IMG/VR virus record: IMGVR_UViG_3300031576_000023
Span: 21,329-85,328 of that record
Length of the DNA stretch: 64,000 nucleotides
From: a virus
Direction: 5' to 3' (one strand)
The notes under the pieces were generated by a model. It made no database searches. It saw only the letters and a list, made by a program, of their open reading frames with translations, and had not been told where the DNA came from. Positions 39,803 through 49,094 of the stretch are shown here, piece after piece. A program made the translations under genes and the position numbers. How positions within the stretch are numbered: position 1 is the stretch's first letter; every line of letters begins with the position of its first letter.

Positions 39803-40449
39803 ATGTGATTCTTCTGCTGGTGCTGTCTGCCGCGCCGGTCGCAAAAATTGAAGGCCCGGAGTCTGCAAGGATCGGCGACCTGGTTGTGGTGGCGTCAGCC
39901 GGGGAGGCGCACTCGTACAAGTGGGCCGTGCTCCCGAAAGGCACGCAGGGCTGGCGCGAAATAGACGGCGGGCGCCGGCTGGTGTTCAGCAGCCACGAGC
40001 CGCGGACTTACACGTTCGTGCTAGCGATCGGATCGTCCGACGGCGCGGTAGACGTGAGCACGCACGAGGTAGTGCTTGGCGAGGCGCACCTGCCGCTGGT
40101 TTCCAGAGCCAAGTCGAGCACGGTACAGGCCATGACACCCCGCCCGCCTTCGTGGACCAGACTCGTGCAGGGCGCCGGCACGGAGGAGGCTGGCAAGCTG
40201 GCCGGTGCTTTTCGGATGGCGGCGAGCATGATCGACACGGAGCACGTCGGGGACGCCGCCGAGTTGTTCGCGGCGACCGGTGAGCTGTCGCGCGGCGCTG
40301 TCGGGGACAGGATCGAGGCGTGGCAGCCTTGGCTGGACGCAGTGGATGAGTGGGTGGAAGGGTTGGAAGAATCCGGCGACCTCGATACAATTGCCGAGTA
40401 TGCTGAACGCTGGCGCGAGCTGGCAAAAACCCTGGGAGCGAAACGATGA
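39799..40449 (+). CDS. Secreted hypothetical protein
   Basis: Signal-peptide-like N-terminus. Confidence 0.6.
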   Translation: MNVILLLVLSAAPVAKIEGPESARIGDLVVVASAGEAHSYKWAVLPKGTQGWREIDGGRRLVFSSHEPRTYTFVLAIGSSDGAVDVSTHEVVLGEAHLPLVSRAKSSTVQAMTPRPPSWTRLVQGAGTEEAGKLAGAFRMAASMIDTEHVGDAAELFAATGELSRGAVGDRIEAWQPWLDAVDEWVEGLEESGDLDTIAEYAERWRELAKTLGAKR

Positions 40450-40658
40450 ACGCGCTGATTCTCGCGGTTGGGTTGCTGTCTGGCGGGCAGGTAAGCACGT
40501 CTGCCGCCGTTGCGGCACCCTCGACGGCTGAGGTGATCCGGTCGAGCCAGGTTGGCCAGCGCAGGTACGATAACTGGCTGAGCGGGCGTAGCCGCGGGTA
40601 CTATAGCGCGCGGCGCGTCGGGCCGCTGCGGAGACTGCTGTTCGGACGATTGAACTGA
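40446..40658 (+). CDS. Small secreted protein
   Basis: Signal-like N-terminus; GPLRRLLFGR tail. Confidence 0.5.
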   Translation: MNALILAVGLLSGGQVSTSAAVAAPSTAEVIRSSQVGQRRYDNWLSGRSRGYYSARRVGPLRRLLFGRLN

Positions 40659-40669
40659 AATACAAACAC

Positions 40670-41098
40670 ATGAAGGAGAGCGATCCCATGATGCGAATCA
40701 TTTTGTTCTTGACTGCCAGCGCGTTCTGCTCTGAGGTCATGGCCGGCAACCGATTTCAGGCTGCTGCATCAAGCGTTTCCGGCGCCGCGTCTGCAAGCGC
40801 CGCGGCGGCACCAGCCGTGGTCATCCACGACGCCAGCGCAGCCGTGGCGGCGGTGCAGCAGGCTGAGGCGCAGCTAGCCGGCGCGCGTGCTCAACTCGCG
40901 GCCGTCCAGTTTGCCGCTGTGCAACAGGCCGCTTCGACGAGTGCGTCGGCCGCTGCGTCGGCGCCCCAGGTAGCGGTAGCACCGCTGGCCGTGAGAGCGT
41001 GCCCAGCTTGCGCCGCGAGCCGTCCCGGTTTGCTTGCGCGGCTTTTCGGCCGACGGACGGTCAGTCGCAGTCGCGCGGTAGTTGTGCAGTTCCCTTGA
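40670..41098 (+). CDS. Ala-rich secreted protein
   Basis: Signal-like segment; RPGLLARLFGRR tail. Confidence 0.55.
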   Translation: MKESDPMMRIILFLTASAFCSEVMAGNRFQAAASSVSGAASASAAAAPAVVIHDASAAVAAVQQAEAQLAGARAQLAAVQFAAVQQAASTSASAAASAPQVAVAPLAVRACPACAASRPGLLARLFGRRTVSRSRAVVVQFP

Positions 41099-41177
41099 AA
41101 GTGTGCGACGCTTCCCGGCGTCCGTGTGCCCTGCGCCGGCAGAATAGGTCGGCGCAGGGCGTTTATTTGCGCTTGAG

Positions 41178-41828
41178 GTGTCTATGCCAGCCGCTGATAT
41201 TACTGGACCGCTCAAGATTGTGATGCGGAAGCTTGCCGACTTGCGGCCTGCGGACTACAACCCGCGGCAGTTGACGGAGAAGCAGTTCGCCGATATTCGC
41301 GCTAGCCTGGTGCGGTTTGGGTTCGTTGACCCGCTCGTAGTTAATGTGCACCCGGAGCGAGCCAACGTAATCATCGGTGGACACCAGCGCTGGCGCATTG
41401 CGGCCGACCTCGGGATCACGGACGTGCCGTGCGTGGAGGTGCGCCTCGAGCCTTCTCTGGAGCGCGAGCTGAACGTGCGCTTGAACAAGAACTCAGGAGA
41501 GTGGGACTGGGACGCGCTGGCTAATCAGTTTGACTTCGCCGAGTTAATGGACTGGGGGTTCACGGAACGCGAACTGGCCGGCTCATTTCCGCTGCCGAAT
41601 CTTGGAGGTGATCAAGCCGCGCGGGCCGTCGGCAGTGAACTCGGAGAATCGCACGTGCGGATGTTTCAGTTGTTTTTTGACGTTGCTGGGTATGAGGAGT
41701 TTACGCTGCTGGTGGAGCAGTGTTGCCGTGAGCGTGGGCACTCGAACCCGAGTGACGCCGTGTTGGTTTGTTTGCGAGAGGCGGCTGCTGGTCATGAAAT
41801 GCCATCTTGTGCAGAAGGCGCTGTCTGA
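41178..41828 (+). CDS. ParB/Srx-N domain protein associated with TET
   Basis: PADYNPR, IIGGHQR and LNKNSGEWD motifs. Confidence 0.85.
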   Translation: MSMPAADITGPLKIVMRKLADLRPADYNPRQLTEKQFADIRASLVRFGFVDPLVVNVHPERANVIIGGHQRWRIAADLGITDVPCVEVRLEPSLERELNVRLNKNSGEWDWDALANQFDFAELMDWGFTERELAGSFPLPNLGGDQAARAVGSELGESHVRMFQLFFDVAGYEEFTLLVEQCCRERGHSNPSDAVLVCLREAAAGHEMPSCAEGAV

Positions 41829-42717
41829 CAAGGCAGCCAGTGAGCTGGCCGGCACGTTGTTGGGCGCGAGTGCTTACGATGTGCTGGTGCAAGAGTCCGC
41901 CGCGGTCCGGGATGTTGATGGGCAGCTCATGCTCAAATACATCCAGGGGGCCATCACTGAGGACTTGTGCTTGGCGGCTTATAGTGGTTTGCGCAACGCG
42001 GCAGTGCTGACAGAAAACCGAGGCATGGCGGCCGGCGTGATTCCAAGCGCGATAGGCGCGATCGCGGACGTCGGACGTATTGGCAGCCGCTCTAGGACGC
42101 GGTTCCGCGTAGCGAAAAAGGATGGTACTCTTTCCAACACGACCCGTGCGATTGTAGTGCACAGCGGCATCGTGGGTTATTTTGACAGGTCGGCTCGGGC
42201 ACCGTATTGCCGTCAGACGGCGTATACGGCACAGCAAGCCGCCAAGTACGAGCGAGCCCTACCGTTCTTCCAGGCTGCGAGTCGGCTGTTTGCTGAGCAT
42301 GTACCTGAGCGCTACGCCGTGCAGGCTGAAGTTGTGTCTGTGACGAGTCCCGCATTCGTGATACCGGGGACTGTGTTTACGACGGTCACGGTGAACCGTA
42401 ACTGGCAGACGGCGGTGCACAGGGATGCTGGCGATCTCGAAAGCGGTTATGGAGTGATGGCGGTGCTTGATGTAGGCCAGTACGGAGGCTGCTACTTGTG
42501 CTTTCCGCAGTACCGGTTTGCCGTGGACATGAGACGCGGAGGAGTGTGTTTAGCTGACGTGCATCAGTGGCATGGCAACACGCCCTTCGTGCGCAAGAGG
42601 GGTCGCTACGAACGCTTGTCCCTGGTGCTTTACTACCGGGAGCGCATGATGGAGTGCGGGAGCCCGGCGGAGGAGTTGCAGCGAGCCAAACATAGAAAAC
42701 GCGGCGATCGACTTTGA
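41794..42717 (+). CDS. TET/JBP family 2OG-Fe(II) dioxygenase
   Basis: FTTVTVNRNWQTAVHRDAGD (HxD), DVHQWHGNT and RLSLVLYYRERM motifs. Confidence 0.88.
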   Translation: MKCHLVQKALSDKAASELAGTLLGASAYDVLVQESAAVRDVDGQLMLKYIQGAITEDLCLAAYSGLRNAAVLTENRGMAAGVIPSAIGAIADVGRIGSRSRTRFRVAKKDGTLSNTTRAIVVHSGIVGYFDRSARAPYCRQTAYTAQQAAKYERALPFFQAASRLFAEHVPERYAVQAEVVSVTSPAFVIPGTVFTTVTVNRNWQTAVHRDAGDLESGYGVMAVLDVGQYGGCYLCFPQYRFAVDMRRGGVCLADVHQWHGNTPFVRKRGRYERLSLVLYYRERMMECGSPAEELQRAKHRKRGDRL

Positions 42718-43859
42718 TGAGGAAGCTGGCCGTCCTAGTGTTCATTGACTATCAGCTAGGCGGCATCGGCACACAAGCGGTCGATTTCACGAGGCTGGCA
42801 CGCGAGCATGGGTTCGCCGCTGATTTGATAACCTTTACCGCGTCGAAGAAGCCGCGCGAAGCACGTGAGCCAGGTCTCGCGGTGGCGCGAGACGGAAAGG
42901 GCCTTGAGCTTCAGGCGTGCATGCTCTCCGTCCATCCGGAGCGGCAGGGGGCGTCACTCAGCCGGCTGGCCGAATACGACCTAAGGCTCTGGGTCGGAGT
43001 TGCGCCGCATTGCAAGCCTGGAGACCAGGTATACGGCTTCTTCGAGGCCACCCTGCGGCAGTTACCAGGTCGGAACGTCGCTTTCGCTACAGATCGTTTT
43101 GTTAATGACCTGTATTCGTGGGTGATACCGCACCTGCATCGCTTTACTTGCGTGACGGCTTTCGCCGATGCGTACGCCGCAACATTGCGGGCGCACGGAA
43201 TCCCGGTGGACGTGGTGCCGCTCGCGCCGCTCGACGCTTGGGACCAGCGGCGTCTGGTGCTGCCAAGTCGCAAACCGCGGCAGCTGTTTTGGCCGCATCA
43301 GTGGCGCGGCTGGAAGAACATCAGTATGTTCCTGGAGAGCGCCGGAAAACTCGAAGTGCCGGAGATAAACGTGTACGCGAGTGGCGCGGGGTTCGAGTAT
43401 TCGGCTTTCCGACGTAGCGATGCGTACAGTGATCTCGTGCGCAGCGATCGCCATAACCCCTCTCACTTCAATCCCCGTGGCAGGCTCAACCTCTTGGGAT
43501 TTGTGCCACATGCCACGGTGTTACAGGCTTACCGCGATCATGCGGCGACGCCAGACTTGACGGGGATCAGCAGTAAAAGGCACACGGCAAACAGTTACGT
43601 CGGGAATTACCAGTGCGCCACGCTGGAAGCCATGTGCTTCGGCTGCGCGGTGCTGAAGATGGAGACGACCGTAGCGCCCTATAGTGCCATCCCACGCGAA
43701 GCGGTTGCGGTGTTGCGGGCTGGTGCTGCTGACTATGCTGCCGAGATGAACGTCGCATTGCGCGGAGGTCTTGATAGTGCCGCGGAGCAAGCCTTCGCGT
43801 GGATTGAAAGGTCGTGCGACCCCTATCAGCTATTCGGCAGTATCGTTGGAGAAAGCTGA
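42714..43859 (+). CDS. GT-B glycosyltransferase, probably DNA base glycosylating
   Basis: WKNI and ATLEAMCFG motifs; overlaps the TET stop codon. Confidence 0.65.
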   Translation: MMRKLAVLVFIDYQLGGIGTQAVDFTRLAREHGFAADLITFTASKKPREAREPGLAVARDGKGLELQACMLSVHPERQGASLSRLAEYDLRLWVGVAPHCKPGDQVYGFFEATLRQLPGRNVAFATDRFVNDLYSWVIPHLHRFTCVTAFADAYAATLRAHGIPVDVVPLAPLDAWDQRRLVLPSRKPRQLFWPHQWRGWKNISMFLESAGKLEVPEINVYASGAGFEYSAFRRSDAYSDLVRSDRHNPSHFNPRGRLNLLGFVPHATVLQAYRDHAATPDLTGISSKRHTANSYVGNYQCATLEAMCFGCAVLKMETTVAPYSAIPREAVAVLRAGAADYAAEMNVALRGGLDSAAEQAFAWIERSCDPYQLFGSIVGES

Positions 43860-44878
43860 TGAAGATCGGGATTACAGGAGGCTGTGGATTTGTCGGCGGT
43901 CATTTGTCGCGGCGGTTTCGTGAGCGCGGCGACGCGGTTGTGGTTGTTGACTCGCTGATCCGTCGCGGTTCTGAGATTACCGCGGCAAGCTTGTCGCGCA
44001 TGGGAGTGGAGGTCGTACGCGGTGATACCCGGTTGCCAGGCGATCTACATGCCCTGCACGGCTGCGACGTCATTTTGGATTGTTCTGCACAGCCCTCGGC
44101 TGTGGCTGGGTTCACGAAGCCGCTTGCAGACTTCGAGCACAATACGTTAGGCGTGATGAACGTCCTGGAGTTGTGCCGGCGCGAGCAATGTGCGCTGATT
44201 TTCTGGAGCACTAATAAGGTCTACAGCGGTTCTCTGGTGAACGCTATACCGCGCGTTGAGCTGGCTACGCGGTTCGCATGGTCTCACGCTGGGATCGGTG
44301 AGGACTTCCCACTCGATGGCGCAGACAAGAGCATCTACGGCGCCACCAAGGCCGCAGCGGACCTGCTGTGCCAGGAGTGGGGGGTGGCATTTGATTTCCC
44401 GGTCTGCGTGAATCGGTGTAGCTGTCTTGCTGGGCCGATGCAGTGGGGCAAATCTGAGCAGGGCTGGGTGGCGTGGTTTTGCATCGCGGCCGAGCTTGGC
44501 CTGCCGGTCGAGCTGATTGGCTGGGGCGGTAAGCAGGTGCGCGACGTCTTGTTCGCGCCCGATCTTTGCGACTTGATCGAGCACCAGGTCGACGCCAGGG
44601 CGACTGGCGTGTTCGCAATCGGTGGCGGTGCGTCTTGCACGCTTTCCCCGCGTGAGTTGGTGTCTTGGCTGAGCGCTGAGCGCGGCTTTGATCTGCCGCA
44701 TACGCTGGTCACTGAGGCGCGGCGCTCCGATCATGCGATTTACGTCAGCGATATTAGGCGCGTGCGTCACGCCTTTTCTTGGCGACCGCGCGTTTCGCTG
44801 GCTGCTGGTCTAACAGCCATCGTGCGCTGGGCACGCGAGTGCCACGGCGAGCTGGCAGGCCTGTACGCGGCCGGCTGA
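43859..44878 (+). CDS. NAD-dependent NDP-sugar epimerase (CDP-paratose 2-epimerase-like)
   Basis: ITGGCGFVG, STNKVY, YGATK and GKQVRD motifs. Confidence 0.88.
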   Translation: MKIGITGGCGFVGGHLSRRFRERGDAVVVVDSLIRRGSEITAASLSRMGVEVVRGDTRLPGDLHALHGCDVILDCSAQPSAVAGFTKPLADFEHNTLGVMNVLELCRREQCALIFWSTNKVYSGSLVNAIPRVELATRFAWSHAGIGEDFPLDGADKSIYGATKAAADLLCQEWGVAFDFPVCVNRCSCLAGPMQWGKSEQGWVAWFCIAAELGLPVELIGWGGKQVRDVLFAPDLCDLIEHQVDARATGVFAIGGGASCTLSPRELVSWLSAERGFDLPHTLVTEARRSDHAIYVSDIRRVRHAFSWRPRVSLAAGLTAIVRWARECHGELAGLYAAG

Positions 44879-44963
44879 GCCGTTTTCTAGGCACTGTTTT
44901 AAGATTGCGCCGTAAGCTGTTGGTGCCATTGGTGTTACAGCGCGTGAAATTTTCGGAATCTTC

Positions 44964-44992
44964 TTGTTTTAGGCGGTGTTAAACACTATATT
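44964..44992 (+). promoter_or_regulatory. Sigma70-like promoter of the early/accessory region
   Basis: TTGTTT-N17-TATATT in an AT-rich gap; palindrome GTGTTAAACAC in the spacer. Confidence 0.5.
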
Positions 44993-45205
44993 ATATGCAG
45001 TCGATTGGCAATTCAAACGTCCCGGCCTGGGGGGCCTCCCCCGAGGCGGACCGGTACATGGCCCGGCGGGCGAGAGAGGAAGACTGAGGGTGGACGCGAA
45101 TCCCGGCACGGCAACGGCGACGGCCGCACGCTGCGGGATAGAGGCCCTTGGGACGCCGAAAAAAAGAAGGCGGCAAGCCGGGTGTGAGCCGGCAAAAAAA
45201 CAAAA

Positions 45206-45275
45206 GTCGAAACCGGCGGACGCGAGTTCGCTGGTCCGCGCGGGATGGCCGCCCGCGCGCTGAAGAGACAGGCCA
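45206..45275 (+). ncRNA. Hammerhead ribozyme, type II
   Basis: GTC-GAAA-stem III-GTC(cut after 45236)-stem I CGCGCGGG/CCCGCGCG-CTGAAGA-GAC; loop TGGCC can pair with downstream GGCCA. Confidence 0.9.
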
Positions 45276-45315
45276 CATCAGCCCCGATTGGTGGGACAAC
45301 ACAGGAGTAACGACC

Positions 45316-45555
45316 GTGAACCGCAACGAGCGAAGAATGTGGGAGTCGACCATTCGCGCAGGCAGCAAGCCTCGCCCACCCCAGCGGATCTGCCTTTGCA
45401 CACTGTCGGCGGAGGGCATGGAAACGGAGTCGGGGCGGCAAGATTGGGACGGGATGGTCAACGATCCGCAGATTCAGCTCATGGCGAATGAACTGCGAAA
45501 GCCGATCACCATGACCGGCGAATTCGGCGTCCACGTTTGGACCCCAGTGAAATAA
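45316..45555 (+). CDS. Hypothetical protein
   Basis: ACAGGAG RBS; GTG start. Confidence 0.6.
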   Translation: MNRNERRMWESTIRAGSKPRPPQRICLCTLSAEGMETESGRQDWDGMVNDPQIQLMANELRKPITMTGEFGVHVWTPVK

Positions 45556-45629
45556 CCCAGCGGAGCGGGGCAGGCTCCGCGCGACACTAGGGGCAGGTCG
45601 CGCGGGGCGAACATCACAGGAGACGGAGG

Positions 45630-46496
45630 ATGAACGCTAGCGAGCTAACGTTCGGGATCGAGGTGGAGTGCTACATCTCGCGGGAGAATCTTCAGGCCGC
45701 CGGCTGGGAGGTCGGCGGCTACCACAACGGCCGCGAGATTCCTGATTTTGTGGGGTGGAACGCTCAGCGCGACAGCAGCCTGAACAGCCCCCCCAGCTAC
45801 GAGCTGGCAGGGGTCGAAGTAGTATCTGGGGTTCTGACGGGGGCGGAAGGGCTAGCGGAAGTGCGGCGGATGCTCGCGACCCTCCAGAGGATGGGGGCGA
45901 AAGTGAACCGCACGTGCGGGTTTCACGTGCATGTGGGGTTCGCGGGCCGCTCAGTCCAGGAGCTGCGGCGCTTGGTCTGCTTGGTCGCGAGCCATGAAGA
46001 GGCGTTGTACGCGGTTACCGGGAGTCGCGCCAGGCGCGATTCCTGCTACTGCAAATCGGTGAAGGACGGGGCGATGAATGGTTTTGCTCGCCCCGTGCGC
46101 AGTCACAGAGAGGCGTCTGGATGGTGCGACAGGTTCCGCGTGCTGAACCTCACGAATCTGCTCGGAGACTCGGCCCGCAAGCCGACCGTGGAGTTCCGGG
46201 TGTTCGCGGGGACCACGAACGAGGTCAAGATATTGGGCTATATCCAGCTCTGCCTTGGACTGGTCTCGAAGGCTGTGGCGATGCGGTCGGCGGCGCCGTG
46301 GCATAGTAGACCGGTGCACAATAAGTCGCTTGCCGGTTACGGGCCGGGCCGCACTGCGGTGTCTAAATTGCTGTGGCAACTCGGCTGGCGAGGCGATGCG
46401 GCACACCATGGGGTGCTGGACTTGGCAGGCGTGGCGAAGACGAAGACGGAGTTGTATCGGCTCGCAAAGAAGTACGACAGCGGCAGCGAGGAGTAG
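45630..46496 (+). CDS. Amidoligase (COOH-NH2 ligase type 2)
   Basis: TFGIEVE, EVVS, CGFHVHVG and TVEFRVF motifs. Confidence 0.9.
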   Translation: MNASELTFGIEVECYISRENLQAAGWEVGGYHNGREIPDFVGWNAQRDSSLNSPPSYELAGVEVVSGVLTGAEGLAEVRRMLATLQRMGAKVNRTCGFHVHVGFAGRSVQELRRLVCLVASHEEALYAVTGSRARRDSCYCKSVKDGAMNGFARPVRSHREASGWCDRFRVLNLTNLLGDSARKPTVEFRVFAGTTNEVKILGYIQLCLGLVSKAVAMRSAAPWHSRPVHNKSLAGYGPGRTAVSKLLWQLGWRGDAAHHGVLDLAGVAKTKTELYRLAKKYDSGSEE

Positions 46497-46560
46497 CCGA
46501 AACGCCCGGCAACGGGCGTCGCCGTCCGGGTGGTCCCCGGCGGCCTGAAGAGGCAAACCA
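46496..46560 (+). ncRNA. Hammerhead ribozyme, type II
   Basis: GCC-GAAA-CGCCCG GCAA CGGGCG-TC(cut after 46520)-stem I-CTGAAGA-GGC; loop TGGT can pair with downstream ACCA. Confidence 0.9.
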
Positions 46561-46576
46561 ATCACAGGAGAAGCAT

Positions 46577-47254
46577 ATGTGTGGATTGTTCGGGTTCGTC
46601 GGGCTGGCGCCCGACGTTGGGAAACTCATTCAGATCGCGGAGGCGACCGCGAACGCGCGCGGCCGCGACGCCTGGGGAGTGGCGTGGGTGGACTGGCGGG
46701 GCCGGCTGCGGCACCACAAGGCCGCCGGCCAGCTTGACCGCCGCGCGCTGGCGGACGCGGCAGATGCCGTCGCGCTTATTGGGCACTGCCGATTGGCCAC
46801 GCATGGCGACCCGCGCGCCAACGAGAATAACCACCCGCATGCTTGCGACGGCGGCTGGCTGGTCCACAACGGCATGCTCCGACAGCATTGGAGCACGGCG
46901 ATAGAGCACGGTCTGCGGCTCACGACGGAGTGCGACAGCGAGCTACTGGCTCGGCTGATCGAGGTAGCCGAGGCCGACGACCGCTGCGAGCAGGTGTCCT
47001 GGGCGATCGAGACGGCCCTCGGCGACAGCGGCATGCCGTGCGCGGTGATGGCCCTCTGGCGGGACCAGCTCGTGATCGCGCGGGCAGGGAACCCGCTGGC
47101 GCGGAGCAAGCAGCGCGAGGGGACGTACATCGCCAGCCTGGCGGAGTACCTGCCAGGCTGCGGCGAGTCGTACCCTGACTGGGAGGTGGATACGATTCCG
47201 GTGCCCCAGCCGACAGCCAAGAATGGCAGGAGTCGTAGCCGTGCCGCATCCTGA
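46577..47254 (+). CDS. Class II (Ntn) glutamine amidotransferase
   Basis: N-terminal MCGLFG; GHCRLAT, HNG and CDSE motifs. Confidence 0.9.
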   Translation: MCGLFGFVGLAPDVGKLIQIAEATANARGRDAWGVAWVDWRGRLRHHKAAGQLDRRALADAADAVALIGHCRLATHGDPRANENNHPHACDGGWLVHNGMLRQHWSTAIEHGLRLTTECDSELLARLIEVAEADDRCEQVSWAIETALGDSGMPCAVMALWRDQLVIARAGNPLARSKQREGTYIASLAEYLPGCGESYPDWEVDTIPVPQPTAKNGRSRSRAAS

Positions 47255-47654
47255 CAGCTACCCCAGAACAGTTGCCGAAGTCCTCGACGCCCGCGCGACG
47301 TACACTGCCGGGTGCCTGCGTGTAATGAGGAGGTTCAGGATGTCGCGGCCGTGGCATGGCAGCCAGGCCGCGAGGAGGCGGAAGTTCCGCCGGCTGCACG
47401 AGGCCCTCTGTCGGGTGTACGGGGTACGGGCACAGCTTGTATTCGGCGGATGGTATTCGCGCTACTGGATCGCGGAGCGCGCTATCCACCTGGCCGAGCT
47501 GTCCGTCGTGACCTACCTGCACGAGTTTGCGCACGCTCGCGGATGGCGCGAGCGGCAGGCGTGCAGGTGGTCGATCAACCTGTTCCGCCGTGTGTTTCCG
47601 CGCGAGTTCGCGCGGTGTAGGCGCGACGGACATGTGTTGCGCAAGAGGCGATGA
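47223..47654 (+). CDS. HExxH zincin-like protein
   Basis: VVTYLHEFAH motif. Confidence 0.55.
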   Translation: MAGVVAVPHPDSYPRTVAEVLDARATYTAGCLRVMRRFRMSRPWHGSQAARRRKFRRLHEALCRVYGVRAQLVFGGWYSRYWIAERAIHLAELSVVTYLHEFAHARGWRERQACRWSINLFRRVFPREFARCRRDGHVLRKRR

Positions 47655-47736
47655 ATCGATTACGCCCGCTCATGCGGGGCAGGCTCCGCGCGGTAGGGAC
47701 AGCTGCGCGGGGCGGATCAACATAGGAGAAACCGAA

Positions 47737-48081
47737 ATGACCACCCAAGAAACGCTGGAGCGCAGCTTTCGGCATCTGAATAGATCGCAAATCGAGAACC
47801 TCGTGTGGCACGTCCATGCGGGAACTCCGATATGTTGCGGGGATGACGCACATCTTTTCTCGTCTGCGGAGGGTGGTGGATGACCAGCCCTGTTGGCGTG
47901 CACCCGTGTGGTGCCCAGGATTCAAATTGGTGCAGATGAACCAGTCCAGCGCGAGTGGAACGACGCCTTAAAAACCTTGGCGGGCGCGGACAAATATGAA
48001 TACATGGCTAGCCTGTACCGGGCCGACCAAGATACAGTCCGGCAAGCAATTGGTGCCGTCGCCTCTACGCTGACCACCTAG
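47737..48081 (+). CDS. Candidate selenoprotein paralog 1 (UGA at codon 49)
   Basis: In-frame TGA 47881-47883 in GGG*P; homology with paralogs continues past it; hairpin 47900-47914. Confidence 0.75.
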
Positions 48082-48290
48082 CAGCCGTGTTCGCGCCGCG
48101 CGCGGCGGCTGATGCGGCTCGCAACACTGTCTTCGTGGCGGCGTGTGGAGTCTGGCGTGACGCACTGGACGCAGCAAAACCAGTCAAACAAGCGACGTAG
48201 CGGGACTCACTTTTCCGCCGCGAGCGGAGCGGGCAGGCTCCGCGCGACACGAGGCAGGGTGCGCTGGGCAAAATCTAAAGGGAGAAAAAC

Positions 48291-48497
48291 ATGCAAGATT
48301 CTCGATACGACGCGCGATGCGATGGGCTGCACGAATCGTGCGGCCACTCGCATAGAACAATTGCGCCGGCGCAACGGTGCGCCCGCAAAATGTTTCGGAA
48401 GCACGTCGCAGCCAACAATGGCACCGGATCATTCGTCGTGCGGGTTGTTCGGTATGTGCGGACATCATCAGACGATTGGGAGAGGTCAAGTTACTAG
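48291..48497 (+). CDS. Hypothetical protein
   Basis: GGGAG RBS. Confidence 0.5.
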   Translation: MQDSRYDARCDGLHESCGHSHRTIAPAQRCARKMFRKHVAANNGTGSFVVRVVRYVRTSSDDWERSSY

Positions 48498-48559
48498 CGG
48501 GGTACACCACAGGGGCAGACTCCGCGCGCCACGGGGCATTAAAGAAAAGAGGGTACAAA

Positions 48560-48763
48560 ATGCAATTCGTAAGGCGAACAGAGGCTCGGCGGCGCAAGCT
48601 ACTTGGCATCAACTTGACGGAGCAGGAGTGCGCAGCGGTGGACAGCGAAGCCAAGCATCTCGGTGTTACGCGGTCGGATTTCGTTCGCACGCTCCTGGAG
48701 GAATATTTCCAGGACGCGAAGGCGGGGCGCGCGGCCTCGAAGGCGGTGCTCGATGCGCGCTAG
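48560..48763 (+). CDS. Ribbon-helix-helix (CopG-like) regulator
   Basis: GINLTEQE...AKHLGVTRSDFVRTLL pattern. Confidence 0.65.
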   Translation: MQFVRRTEARRRKLLGINLTEQECAAVDSEAKHLGVTRSDFVRTLLEEYFQDAKAGRAASKAVLDAR

Positions 48764-49055
48764 CAGTGCGATCGAATATGTCTACGACTGCGACGACGGA
48801 CGAGAGGTCCGATGCGTCGTCCACTATCGCTGGTCGCCGCCGGAGCAGCGCACCTGGCACTACCCAGGTTCGCCAGCGGAAGTGTCGGTGGTGTCTGTGC
48901 GGGCGGTGGCAGTTCGTGAGAATGGCGCGGTGCGCGAGCCTGACCTGGAGGAGCAAGAGGAGATCGAGGCCAAGGTCGCCATCCGGGCCGCCGACTACGA
49001 CTCGGAGCTGTATCGGGACATCGTGGGGCAGGCGACGGCCGTGTACGAGGACTAA
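48753..49055 (+). CDS. Hypothetical phage protein
   Basis: TWHYPGSPAE motif; acidic C-terminus. Confidence 0.5.
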   Translation: MRASSAIEYVYDCDDGREVRCVVHYRWSPPEQRTWHYPGSPAEVSVVSVRAVAVRENGAVREPDLEEQEEIEAKVAIRAADYDSELYRDIVGQATAVYED

Positions 49056-49094
49056 TCACAGGAGACTTACCATGCGCGGAAAGGCGGTGCGCTT

